Below are positions 38,922 through 51,441 of a DNA stretch of 64,000 bases, one piece after another. This DNA comes from Octopus bimaculoides (Eukaryota). The number at the start of each line of letters is the position of its first letter. The stretch's first letter is position 1. The position numbers and the translations under genes were made by a program. A model generated the notes under the pieces. The model had not been told where the DNA came from, ran no database searches, and saw only the letters and a program-made list of their open reading frames with translations. The stretch covers positions 69,894,236 through 69,958,235 of the forward strand of contig NC_068987.1 of the NCBI RefSeq assembly GCF_001194135.2. Reading direction: 5' to 3'.

Positions 38922-40082
38922 ATAGTAGGCATCCATCGATCTCGAGAGGCCATGGATCTGCACCCAAAGAAATCGTATCAGCTGCTGATGGTGGTGCATC
39001 ATCTATTGTGGCTTTACAGGCCCACATGGAAGTGGCAATCCTGCATACAGCGACTGCATTTGAAAGAGCTCTCCGCCAGTGGTGCTGATGTTTCCTTCCG
39101 TCAAGTGCGCTTTTCTTTGATGGCGGGTACCTGTTTTTCTTCCGCTCTCTTCATTCCCTTTCATAGTATTTGCCTCCAGTATGGGCAATCATTTGCAACC
39201 TCCTCCCAACCTAGGACGTTCAGATCAAGCGACTCCATATCTCTCTTACAGACATCTTTGAAACGAAGATAAGATCGTCCTCGTGCTCCTGTGCCAGTAG
39301 CCAAATCCCCATTTAGGAGATCTTTTGAGGTCCTTCCGTCTGGCATGCGATGAACATGACCGAGTAAGTGCAAACGACGCTGCTGGAGCAAGATGTGTGT
39401 GTGTTGGGTATCTTGACACAGTTGAGGACTTCAGTGTTGGTGATGTGGTCGGTCCACTTGATGTCCAAGATGCGTATTAAATTGTGAAGATGAAAGACGT
39501 TGAAATGCCGCTCCTGTCTAGAGTAGAGGCTCCACGACTCACTGCCATAAAATAGCGTATTAAGAACGCACGGCTTATAGACAACAACTATGGTGGTTGC
39601 AGCCAGTTTTTTTTTCCGCCAAACTTTCTTTGTGAGCCTGGCAAATATGGAGGATGCTTGTCCGATTTGCCTGTTGATCTCAGGGCCCAGGAAGAGGTCA
39701 TCAGCGATGGTAAAGCAGATACAGGTGAATTGATGAACTATCTCCGGCTTGTAGTTGTTGTTGATGATGGTGTGGGCGTGCTTGACAATTGGACCCATTA
39801 CTTGGGTCTTCTCCAGGCTGATAGTCAAGCTGAATTCCTGACAGGCCTTTGAGATTTTGTCCACGAAGTGCTGCATTTGCTCTTCAGAGTGCGCTGTCAG
39901 TGCTGCATCGTCTGCGAACAGCATTTCTCTGACGAGTATCTAGCGCACCTTGGATTTTGCTTTCAGCCACGACAGACTAGATAGTTTGCTACTTAACCTG
40001 GTGTGGATGTAAACATCATCAGTTGATGTGCCAAATACATGTTTCTGCATGATTGCAAAGAAAATGCCAAATAGTGATATTC
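38922..40082 (-). mobile_element. RTE-clade (BovB-like) LINE, 5'-truncated; reverse-transcriptase pseudogene
   Basis: LFGIFFAIM..LVREMLFADDAALTAHSEE..FSLTISLEKTQVM..EINRQIGQASSIFARLTKKVW..LFYGSESWSLY..ILDIKWTDHITNTEVL, then QQRRLHLLGHVHRMPDGRTSKDLL..LRFKDVCKRDM. Several frameshifts and stops. Confidence 0.95.
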
Positions 40083-40097
40083 AGTAGGAGGACTTTA

Positions 40098-40365
40098 AAG
40101 TAACGATTTTTGGCCAACCGAAGAGTTTTTTGCCAGCCGAAGAGTTTTTTGCTAGCCGAAGAGTTATTCTATGCCGACAAAGGGAAATAGCCCTGAAACC
40201 GTATGGTCCACAAATACTGCTTTGTTCTGGGTGGGGGTGCTCGCCTCCCCTGTTCGAAAATATAGCCACTGTCGTATAGCCAGCTGGAGACGATGTCTCC
40301 TGGAGCTAAACACAGTAGCATGCGTCCCAAAATGGGATTGCCACATTGGCAAAAACTCGTTACTT
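40098..40365. mobile_element. MITE-like element with 20-bp TIRs and an internal 3 x 19-bp tandem repeat
   Basis: Left aagtaacgatttttggccaa versus reverse complement of right aagtaacgagtttttgccaa (18/20). Three copies of gcca(a/g)ccgaagagtttttt at 40113-40169. Confidence 0.7.
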
Positions 40366-40407
<42 letters not shown>

Positions 40408-40411
<4 letters not shown>

Positions 40412-40778
40412 TTAGACTGTGACCATGCTGAGGCACCACTTTGAATAATATCTAGTAAAAGGAATCGACTACAGTATTTATTATTTTTAAGTATGGTATT
40501 TATTGTATTTTTCACTATTGCCAAACTGGTATATTATGGGGCTGCAAACACACCAACACTGGTTGTCAAGTGGTGGTGGTGGGGAGAATTAAAGACAGAT
40601 ACATATATGTGCATGACGGGTTTCTTTCTGCTAGTTTCCGTATCTATCAAGACTATACATATGGCCTTGGTCAGCCCGAGAATATCGTAGAAGGCACTTG
40701 CTCAATATACCACTCAGTGGAATAGAATCTGGAACCATATGGTTATGGAATAAATAAACTTCTTACCACACAATCACT
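40408..40778 (-). mobile_element. tRNA-derived SINE, working family C (diverged)
   Basis: Reverse complement reads gtggtaagaagttt..ccatatggttccagattctattccactgagtgg..gagcaagtgccttctacg..ggaaactagcagaaagaaacccgtc..cttgacaaccagtgttggtgtg..ggtgcctcagcatggtcacagtc. Colinear with 45346..45743. Confidence 0.82.
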
Positions 40779-40854
40779 TTCTTACTCTTGGGAATAAATG
40801 ATTCTGACATTTATCAACTCTTTAAGGAAACATCTATATTTTAACTCCAGAATA

Positions 40855-40897
<43 letters not shown>

Positions 40898-40899
40898 GT

Positions 40900-41085
40900 T
40901 TTTATCGTAATAACCCAGAAATTTGAGGGTGGGTTAGCCAATGAGTATCGAATCTAGTGCATTAGTGCTACTTTATTTTATACACTCGGGAAAGATGATG
41001 AGTAGAATTGACCTTGGCAGAAGTGAAGTTGAATTCTGAATGTAGACCGCCAGAAGCACCACAAGGCATTTTGTTAGAGGATCTA
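40900..41085 (-). mobile_element. SINE family A, degenerate
   Basis: actttattttatacactcgggaaagatgatgagtagaattgaccttggcagaagtgaagttgaattctgaatg resembles the family A core. Confidence 0.45.
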
Positions 41086-41249
41086 TCGATTCAGCATACT
41101 CACGACCCTCTATATACATGTCAGATAATAAAGATATATGTCATCGAATTATTATTCATTTACCATCGAACAAATTGCACTCAATTTCGATAGTTTTTCA
41201 TGAGTTCATTTGTAGTTCATACCATCAAGTGATCGATTTCTCTTTGGCA

Positions 41250-42400
41250 GAGCTTTTATAACATCTATATCACATGCTATTCCGACTGTTGTGATTTCTC
41301 ATATAACTACTCAACTTTCCCTTGATACCTTTTACGAGAGCTTTATGTAGCCGATTGACATACTGTCTTACGAGGTTTCAGGTTTTTCACTGAAGTGTTA
41401 AGACACTCGAACTCATCACTCTGTTTCTAAGAAACATTTGAACTAACCTGTTCTCTTGGCGTACGAACGGAACTTATTTTGCGTTTGTAATTAGATTAGT
41501 TCTTTTTCTTCTGATGCATCACTTGTTTATTCGGATTCTAGTTATTTTTCTTCTTTGTTATTCCATTTCGCTGTCAGTCAATTCATACATTTCAAGGCTT
41601 ATTAATATACAGTCAGAGCTTAACCTTCCAATAATTTTGGACACTATCAATACCCGATGCGAAGCAAAGTATTCATTTTGTCAATTTATTCTAGGATATT
41701 TCTACTTGATTCTTGCACATGTCTGTTCATTTTTCCCTTCTCAGATATTTCCTATTAATTCTGGTGCTGATGTTATGCTTTCTAACTTTCATTTACTGTC
41801 CAGAATTTTAATAATTGTGTTACTTTAAGTGGTACTAAATTGAAACCTGGAGATATTCAACATTTTGCTCTCCTTGGTGTATATCATTTTCCATTATTTT
41901 TCATTAAAATCAGTTTTGTTCAACTCTGTCTTTGTTAAAATTTCTTTTCCATAAAAATTTTCTACATTTGCGGATTATTCATTGTTCTTGATGTTATTTT
42001 TCGAATTACCTAGAATAGCCATTATTTCAATCAACGATATTATGATGTGCATCGTTATATTGTCGAAAATCCTTGAGCATTTTTCTCCATGCTTCGTTGG
42101 TTAAGAGACTGCATTAAACTGTAAATAGAATCATAAAGTCCTCGTTCTTCTTAATACTCTTAGTGTTAGTACATTGATGTTTTGCTTCCCTATATCCATT
42201 GTTCCCTCCTCCAGGTTTGCCTCTTTCGGGAGTTTTCCCGAGTAATTTTTGTTCAGTGATTTTATAGTAGATTTGTATTCTTTTAACAACTGTAATACTA
42301 ATATCATATTGCGAATACCCACATTTCTGTCGAATCTAGGGTCACCATTTCCATGAGTGATCACATTTATAACGGTGTTCTGAAGACTACTAAACAAATT
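41250..42400 (-). mobile_element. possible very old LINE fragment (AP-endonuclease region)
   Basis: A-rich minus strand with eroded motifs IGKQNINVLTLR (about IGTxNVRTL), TDFNEK (about GDFNAK) and SSDCILI (about SDHxLV). Many stops, so this is pattern-level evidence only. Confidence 0.35.
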
Positions 42401-42711
42401 TCATTGGTATTTTGAAATGTTTAGAATTCTATGTCTTTGCATTGATCCATTTCGCAATATTCAGCTGGATTTTATTTATAAGTAATTTTCGAATCATGTA
42501 AACTGTGTTTCGCTGAAGAATGAGTTTGCGGAAATACTTATTAAGTTACCCACAAAAGAAACTGTTTATCACACACAGCATAAACCCTTTCAATCTTTAC
42601 ATGACTCACTAACCACAAATAAGCAACAGGTTGTATAGAAACATCTTTAAATATTTTCAAACTGTTTTGTTGCATCTTTCAGAAACCATGATCTATTTTG
42701 GGGCGTTTGTG

Positions 42712-43020
42712 AAGGTGCATGACTTAGTGGTTACAGTATTTGGTTCACGATTGTAAGGTGATGAGTTCAATTCCCGGCGACGCGTTGTGTACTTGAGTAA
42801 GACACTTTATTTTACGTCGCTAACAAAAATGAGTAGTATCTATATTTCAGATGGCCAGCTTTGTTATGCTCTGTGTCACTCTGAATCTCCCCGAGAACAA
42901 CGTTAAAATTATGCTTGTCTGTGGAGTACTCAACCACTTGTACGTTAATTTCACGAGCAGGCATTTCCGTTCATCAGTTCAACTGGAATCCTCGTCGTTG
43001 TAACCGATGGAGTGCCAGTT
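42712..43020 (+). mobile_element. tRNA-derived SINE, working family D (distinct head, family-B tail)
   Basis: Head ggtgcatgacttagtggttacagtatttggttcacgattgtaaggtgatgagttcaattccc. From about 42846 to the end it is homologous to family B (cacttgtacgttaatttcacgagcagg..ggagtgcca). Confidence 0.85.
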
Positions 43021-44059
43021 ACATGGGCGATTCATAGTTTATGTTAATCGATGTTACGAGGATATACGGTAAACTCTTTCCAATTTCTCAATGGCCAAAA
43101 TACACTGAGTAAGATCGAATGACATGAGAACAATTATTAGAAACTTATGCTTAGATGTATAGTTATCTTTGAGGAAATACTTTGCAAAGTGGAAGAACAT
43201 AGGTTTAGAATATCCTCCCCTAATACAAATCGGAAATTAGTTTATATGAGTAAAAGTTGATTGCTTCGTAAAAGGCACTATCTTTGAGTAGAGAATTAAA
43301 TAACTTATCAGTTACGTATCAACACCTGGCAATAATTTGATGCAATCGTAATTAGTTACTGTAAACCCAAAATCCTTCACAAACAAGAAAACTTTATATC
43401 ACATCAGCGGGATATAATTGATTTTGTCCCCCAATTTGGACGATATTATTGCTAACGACGCTTTAATTCCTCGTGTGTTTTCGTGTGTGTGTGTGTGTGT
43501 GTGCGTGCGTGCGTGCGTGTGTGTGAGTGTCAACAGCTTTGCTCTAGCTCAACTCTGAGGAGGCATATGTAATAGTGCAATTTTAGATTGCACTACTACT
43601 TTTTTAGCAAGCAGTTTGCTGAAACGCACAGAGACACCCCACCCCCACTCATTTACTCTCATTCTGTCATAGAATTGTTACAGTAGTCATCATGCGCTTC
43701 TATGAAAGTTGATGGTGCTAAAATTACCGTGCTGAGTGACAAATTGTGTATGAGGGAAATTGCTTGTTTTGTGGGAAGAGTAATATGCCATGAATCTGGT
43801 AAGAAAAGAACCACAACATATTGTATATACTAGGATTGCTACATCAATATAGATCGAAATATAATATTATGTGCTATGTAGTTAGTGAAACAGTAGCAGT
43901 GCAATAAGATTGCTGTGATAATTGGTGTGCCCCACATAGGTATACAGATAGCTTCCTGTAATTATGGTAAAATTTTAAAGTGAACAATTATAAGGCAATT
44001 CAAATGGTCGTCTAATTTCCTATAATTTTAAATGTATTACCTCGAATAAAAAAAAAAAA

Positions 44060-44719
44060 ATTTAAACTATCGGGACAGCAAAAATATTTTCGTCGGCCTT
44101 TAACTGACTCAGAATATGAGATTCCCCTTGAGTTCCAGATTCCGAAACTTCCTATTCCGTCGCAGATAAGGTGCTGGCTAGCACCGTTGCTCAGATTGAG
44201 CTGACTGAACAGAGTAGCGTCAAAGAAAGTGCCTCGCTGAAGGACACAACAGCCGCCAAGTTTAAGACACAAACGCATTTCCCTACCATCTTGAGTTGGA
44301 GGCGCAATGGCCAAGTGGTTAGGGCAGCGGACTCGTGGTCATAGAATCGCGGTTTCGATTCCCAGACTGGGCGTTGTGAGTGTTTATTGAGCGAAAACAC
44401 CTAAAAGCCCCACGAGGCTCCGGCAGGGGATGGTGGTGAACCCTGCTGTACTCTTCCACCACAACTTCCTCGCACTCTTACTTCCTGTTTCCGTTGTGCC
44501 TGTAATTCAAAGGGTCAGGCTTGTCACACTGTGTAACCCTGAATATCCCCGAGAACTACGTTAAGGGTTACACGTGTCTGTGGAGTGCTCAGACACTTGC
44601 ACGTTAATTTCGCGAGCAGGCTGTTCCGTTGATCGGATCAACTGGAACCCTCGACGTCGTAAGCGACGGAGTGCCAACAACCATCTTGAGCCTAATGTGC
44701 TAACAATTAAGCCACGCGC
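44060..44719 (-). mobile_element. tRNA-headed SINE (D-like head, different tail; working family E), interrupted by a family B copy
   Basis: Removing 44296-44690 restores gcgcgtggcttaattgttagcacattaggctcaagatggtaggg..gttgtgtccttcagcgaggcactttc on the minus strand. The 3' boundary is approximate. Confidence 0.65.
44298..44679 (+). mobile_element. SINE family B, full length with 11-bp TSD
   Basis: ggaggcgcaatggccaagtggttagggcagcgg...gacggagtgccaaca, with TSD accatcttgag at 44285-44295 and 44680-44690. Confidence 0.95.
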
Positions 44720-45206
44720 ATTTTATTTCCTCCATTAAAGTATTCTTATTAGTACAACTGTAAAAAGTACAATAATTTTAGTTATATATATTTTACTTGA
44801 TGAATTAATTTAACTTTTCAAACTGTTTCTCCTCATGATTAATGCACTTTAATAATCGATTTTATGTATAATTGGGTGAAATTGAAACGAATAATTAATT
44901 AATACTGTTTGGTTATTAATTTTACAAAAATGTAGCGAAAATTTCTGGACACATTGTATAATGAATGCGAATCGATATTTCATACAGTTCTTACGATTTC
45001 AATATAGTTATAGAACCAAGGTAATCTCAAACTCACAGTACGCCTACTAAAACGTCTAATTAAAAACGGGAAGTAACTACGATATCCTTATATCATAATA
45101 TTTTGTAGATCGTAGTATGTTTAACAGTTTCTGTATGATGAATAATCTGGAAAATAGGAAATATCTCATATCTCATATCTCATACAAAGAAACGCGCACG
45201 CACACA

Positions 45207-45237
<31 letters not shown>

Positions 45238-45345
45238 CTACACACACACACACACACACATACACACATACACACTCACAAATGCTCGCATGCATAGAGC
45301 ATCCTTTCTTATTGAAAACTTTAGCTTGTAATAAAATATATACAT

Positions 45346-45743
45346 GGCGCAGGAGTAGCTATAGGCGCAGAAGTGCCTGTGTGGTAGGAACTTTACCTCC
45401 AAACCAGATGATTCACGGTTCAGACCCATTTCCACTATAGATTCGGGTCCACTAAAGCCTTGTGAGTGTAATTGATAGATAGAAACTGAAAAGAATTCCG
45501 TCATATATATTTATATATCTATGAATGTTCTTGTGTTTGTGTTTGTCCCCACCACCGCTTAAAAACCGGTGTTGGTGTGATGATGTCTTCCTAAATTAAC
45601 AGTTTCGCAAACGAAACCGATAGAACAAGTGCCAGCTTGTACAAAAATCAATACTGGGATCGATTCATACGACGAGAAGTTATTCTTTAAGGTGGTGCCC
45701 CAGCATACCCGCAGTCTAGTGGCAGAAACACGGAAAGTATAGA
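45346..45743 (+). mobile_element. SINE family C with duplicated 5' tip and 7-bp TSD
   Basis: ggcgcaggagtagctat-aggcgcagaagtgcctgtgtggtagg..aaagccttgtgagtg..gaaactgaaaagaa..gtccccaccaccgctt..aaggtggtgccccagcatacccgcagtc, flanked by acatggc at 45342-45348 and 45744-45750. Confidence 0.85.
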
Positions 45744-46692
45744 ACATGGCATCCTAGGAATCTTAATTAAAAAAAACTTGCTCTGCCCATTTATGTGTGT
45801 GTGTGTTTGTGTGTGTATGTGTATGTGTGTATGTTTGTGTGCGTCTATGTGTGTGTATGTGCTATCTTATTTAAAAGAAAAAAAACGGAACAATTTCCTA
45901 GACGACTGTTTCATATATTGGAAATGTATTAAGGGAAACTATTTCTTTGCAGATTTTAGTAATCACGTGAAAGGACTAAGTCACGCCAAAACTTAGACTT
46001 TAGATTTTACCATCCATCCCATACTAAATATATCAAGACCAATTTTTTAACCTATTATGCACTCAAGTTGACGAGAAAGGCGACAAGTTTCCTTCAGAAA
46101 TAAAAATACCCCAAATCTTAGTAAATCATACCATAATCACAGCAATAAAAATATAATCCCTCGTAATACGGGCAAAGACAAAAATATGAATGCACCATAT
46201 GTGCTCACACTTAATCTTAGAAGCTACAATATTTCAGAAACGATATCTTTCCATTCTATAACGACTCTGTAATTTTAGAAAACTATTGAAAGTGTCAGAA
46301 ATTATTAACCAGGGAAAGCTATCAGTAAGTTTTAAAAGACTTAACAAAGATATAATCACAAACTATGGAGGCCTTTTTCTGTTGGACGAGTGAATTAACT
46401 GAACAGGCAAAAACCAAAGAATTCATAAGTGGGAGGGGTTTAAAAGTCAAAAATACGAATTGCAAATAGGAAAGCGGGTATCACCTCTTCACAATGCAGT
46501 GAGAGTTAAATCAAATCGCCAACCAGCATCTAAATTATTATATTGTCATAGGGTGCACGAGCAAAAATATAAAATATTCATTTCTCAGAAAGGCTTAGTA
46601 TAGTGAAAAACTAGATATTTGTGCAGCTGGAAAATCCCGGTGATGACGCGTCGTCTTGTTTGTAAGTATGTTCTTTTCCCGATTATTATATG

Positions 46693-46840
46693 ACTAGCAG
46701 AGTACCCGGCCTTGCTCGGGATTAAAATGGCATAAGTCTTTTTTTTTTTACTTGTTTCAGTCATGTGACTGCGGCCATGCTGGTGTAATACATACATATC
46801 CATACATAAATATATCATAGTGAAATTAATAGAAATGAAA

Positions 46841-46897
<57 letters not shown>

Positions 46898-47134
46898 AAA
46901 GTGAAAGTATTAATAGTTTCACTATTAAAACTGAAATTATCTCACATTACAATAGAGGTGTCATTCTGAAATAGTGAAAGAGATGAGATTGCTCCGGGCT
47001 TGCATTAGTTAAGAAGTTGAAAAGTGTTTTTGGCCCATAACACTGCATGGACCCTAAGTAAAGCATGTATAAAATCTGAATAAAAACGGTCTGGTAGTTC
47101 TCGAGTTTTTGTGATGCACACCTACACCTACACT

Positions 47135-47172
<38 letters not shown>

Positions 47173-47203
47173 TTCTCAATCTTATATATACATATATGTA
47201 GAT
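46693..47203 (+). mobile_element. non-autonomous Helitron/Helentron-like element (DINE-1/Lep1-type architecture)
   Basis: 5' ACTAGcagagtACCCGgccttgctCGGG hairpin. The 3' region has aaaatctgaataaaaacggtctggtagttctcgag, then (CA)n, then ..tatatgtagat. It contains a minus SINE-C tail at 46737-46783 and (TA)n. Confidence 0.65.
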
Positions 47204-47675
47204 GAGTTCAAAATCGTGATACGTTGTATCCTTGAGACTGGTACTTCATATTACTTTGCTCAGGTTTACTGGCTGCTGGTGTGGCACTCTCCCTCTTCCA
47301 ATTTTCCCATGCTAGATGTGCCGCAGAGTTAAAGGATGTCTGTGTCAGCTTGAGATTACAGAGGCGCCAAAAACAATTAGTAAAACCATCGTACATATTC
47401 CAAACTCTTGGAAGTTCCTTTCGGAATGTTGATCACGAAGATGATGACAAACATTAAATAATAATGAGGCGTTGATTATGATTAGTTACGTCAGTTATCC
47501 GATCTATGACTATCACAATGATTAGTATTATGAAGATAAAGTTAATGATTATGATTTTGTATGGATGATAATGTACGTTACAGCTGCAACTATGAATGAT
47601 CATGATGTTGATAATGATAATGTTAATGCTGACGATGTCAACGATGATGATGATGGTGACGATAACAATGATATT

Positions 47676-47748
47676 TGTGTTGGTAGTGTTTTGTGTTGGT
47701 AGTGTTTTGTGCTGGTAGTGTTTTGTGTTGATAGTGTTTTGTGTTGGT
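47676..47748. repeat. 16-bp minisatellite tgtgttggtagtgttt x about 4.5
   Basis: Units start at 47676, 47692, 47708, 47724 and 47740. Confidence 0.9.
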
Positions 47749-49824
47749 TGTGGTGTTGAGGAAATGGTTAAGGCGTAACTACAATACTCATTTTGCTGAG
47801 CATGGCATTACTAATGATGACAACATCACTTCTCAGTTACAGTCTTACCACCCGTAGTACAATTTTTTAAAATCTGGCATTGTTCCGGCCAGAAAAGTAT
47901 GCTAAACAGGAGGACAAAATTCCCATGAAAGCAATAACTCGAACATTTAATTTGAAATATTTCAATTTTGGTATACTGAAATAAATGTTTGCCTCGGGGC
48001 GTAAGAACATGGGTGTAAATCATGCAACTATTGGAATCTATTCAAGCAGTACACTGTTACAGTGACTGCACAATAGCAGCATAACACGAAGCTGAACTAC
48101 ACGACTGCAAAATAACTGCGTAATAGAACACGGAACTACACTGATGTTCTGCTACACCGAAGGATTTTGTATTAGTTTCACAAACAATGAAATTAACAAG
48201 TCGTAGCAGTAATTAACGTAACACTTGAGAAGGGTTACTGTGATATGGTCTGAGAAATGGCTGGCTCTCAATCAGATTTCCGCTATTTCTATAGACTTAA
48301 TTGAACCTTACAAGGCTTATAATGACCCGAGACTAAGCTAAAATATCTTGGGTTTCATGACTGGTACGTTTACTTCAATATTATAAACAATATTACACAA
48401 AACTATGATATACGTCACTAACCACACTACACAATACTACTTATATACCAAAATACACTGCATTACAAACACAACACCACTCGTAGATGTTACTATATAG
48501 CAGTGCACAAGCCTTCTCTATATAACAACAAATTATACTGCACTGTATACATCACACTAAGATCTACCACACAGATGTTTACACCGTACGACAAGACACA
48601 TACCACAGTGTGTTACACAACACCACAATCACGTACGAGATTATATTCATGTTCCAACAAATTGCTGGTTGAAATTCAGAATACTCTAGCATATTTCTAC
48701 TTTTCAGCGTTTAGATTGTATTTACAAAGTGTATATTATTCGGAATTGTCTTTTCTGCCTGAAAATTATAGCCTTTCGTGTGTACCACTTTATTATTTAC
48801 TTACATAAACAAGTACTCCAATAATTAATTACGCAAAACTAAATTCATAACCAAAGTAGGGAACATGAATATTTCGATGCAGTTGTCATTAAATAATGCT
48901 TTTTCAATGATATTGAAAGTAATGGGCACGTTTGTGAAGCGAAATTCAGTAACTGCATAAATATTTTTTTACCGTCTATTATTTTTTGTTTTCGTAAGCA
49001 GCCATATTAAAGTTTTATGTTGGTGAATTTAGAAGAATGTTAGAGGAAACGTCCCATAACATTTTCTTGAGTTGATATATTTCGAGACTAGTCCTACAAT
49101 AGTCATATTCTGTATAGTTTGAACATCATTATACTGCATCAGGCTTCTTGAAACATTTTCCACAAAATGTAACATTCAACATTCCGTTGAACTCCCTTAT
49201 TCTGTCTTTTATGCAACAGATAGCTTGTTGCTATCTCAAGTTATTCAGGATAAGCTACCTTGTTTGTAGACATTAGTATCAAACATAAATAATGTCAAAA
49301 TATAATCATCAATAAATCCGTTTTTGTATGCAGATTGTATTTCAACTAGATATTTATTATCACATGTTACTCCAGCATTTCTGGAAATCACGTGGATCAC
49401 CACTAAGGAGTGACTACTTCTTGTTTAGTTCATTCCCGACATGGGAGATCTTTTTCTCCTCTTTCTGTTTAACACTTGGTATTAGATGTGTTTTGCTTCT
49501 GATGTTTATCAAATGTTGTCTAAATGATACGATACGGTATTCAATTCAATGGCTGTCTAGTTTCATACTTATCTTCTCTGCCACGTCCATCATTTTTTTC
49601 TAAGAAGGATCCTACTGATATCACTATATGAACAGAAACTTCCAGTCTATTTAAGAATATTGCAGGCTAACTATCAGTGGAGTGAAATTATTCCAGACGA
49701 GACAAATGATTGTCCTAGAAATTGGAAATAATATGAAATTTGGAATGTTATCTTGACATAACAGGAGACTTATTTTGCAATATATTTTCAGGCATATTAT
49801 AAGGCATGTATAATTAATTTACGT

Positions 49825-49842
49825 ATCTATCTATCTATCTAC

Positions 49843-49936
<94 letters not shown>

Positions 49937-49950
49937 ATATATATATATAC
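49825..49950. repeat. (TATC)n-(TC)n-(TA)n compound microsatellite
   Basis: Direct reading. Confidence 0.95.
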
Positions 49951-50238
49951 AGGGAGATGTATATCTGGGATCTGGTACGTGTTTGAGTGTATTTGTACCT
50001 CCTTATGAGTGTAAGGCGAATATGTGCCTAAAGGTAGACAATACTGAGAAGGGAGGAAAGAGAGATGGGTTAGGTTGATGAACACTTTTCAGAAAATTTT
50101 TTATACCTAAAAGCATATATGCGCGCATATACTCTCATATATACATAGGAAATATGTAATACATATAAAAATATAATTTACATACATACATACATACATA
50201 CATAGACTTAAGTATATGTACGTATTTACACACATGTG

Positions 50239-50276
<38 letters not shown>

Positions 50277-50542
50277 AGTACTATTTCTATTCAATTCTCG
50301 TAGTTTTGTATATTTTTCCTTGAATGTACAATTGTGAGATTTGCATGGAGAATGCCACGCACAAAAAAAAAAGAGAAAAATCGAAAACTTCATAAGAAGA
50401 GAATAAAAAGAAAAGAAATCTGTAGACTTTAGAAGCAGATGCTTTCCTTGGATACTCACATACTACACATTCACGCACGCATGCATACTAATATGAATAC
50501 TCCGATGCATTAGATGACTGGCGGCCACACGCACACAGACAA

Positions 50543-50661
<119 letters not shown>

Positions 50662-50719
50662 TACACAAATTGAAACACGCATTTTTATGCATGCGTTTAC
50701 TTCTTAAGTATAGCTCGCC

Positions 50720-50900
50720 AGAACTTGATGGTGAATCGAACGGCATTGGAAGGCAAGCAGCCAAATCTGTGGCAGTGGTATGGGATAGACGGAAGCTAGA
50801 TGGCAGATCTTTACCACAGAAAGTGAGCTGCGTGCTTTATCTTCGATGTCTGATGTCCATTTGCTATAGTCACTAAGCATCGTCCGGTTTTTCCCGTATG
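50720..50900 (+). mobile_element. possible RTE LINE fragment (degenerate)
   Basis: ESNGIGRQAAKSVAVVWDRRKLD..QKVSCVLYLRCLMSICYSH*AS resembles RTE EI..RIG.A....VW....TK..LY...V.SILLYG.E.W. Confidence 0.4.
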
Positions 50901-51292
50901 TCAACTGGACGTTATATCGGACATTAACTCTCTCACTCACCGATTTAGACATCTCAGTTTAATCGCCCATTCGTCGTCTGTTTGCCTACTTTAATTATGG
51001 TTGTTTGTCTTTCTGACTAATCTTATCTGGCTTGTATTGTTGTTTTGTTTTCTTCATTTTAAGTATGAATGTGTGTACGTGTATATATAGATGAACCTTT
51101 GTTTGCGTGTGTTAATATCAATAGAAGTGTATTTATGTACGCTTCTGAACATCCACAAGCGTGCTTAGTTTCTTTGTCTGTGGCTGATAAAATTAATGTA
51201 CGAGCCTAAACGTTTGTATATGAATATGCGCATGCGTATATGTATATGAAAGTGCCCGCGAGCGTCTTCGTGTGTGCATATGCGAATATTTA

Positions 51293-51330
<38 letters not shown>

Positions 51331-51370
51331 NNNNNNNNNNNNNNNNNNNNNNNNNNNNNNNNNNNNNNNN

Positions 51371-51441
<71 letters not shown>

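Noticed and set aside
40113-40169. CRISPR-like short repeats (also 47676-47748)
   Set aside because: The units are contiguous with no spacers, the context is eukaryotic, and there are no cas genes.
43700-43810. Short frame MKVDGAKITVLSDKLCMREIACFVGR with a GTAAG donor
   Set aside because: It resembles a decayed Tc3-type HTH as much as an exon, is too short, and has no TIR.
49350-49700. Possible second RTE 3' remnant sharing atgaactaaacaaga with the 21.6-kb fragment
   Set aside because: The shared 15-mer is not backed by a convincing translated alignment.
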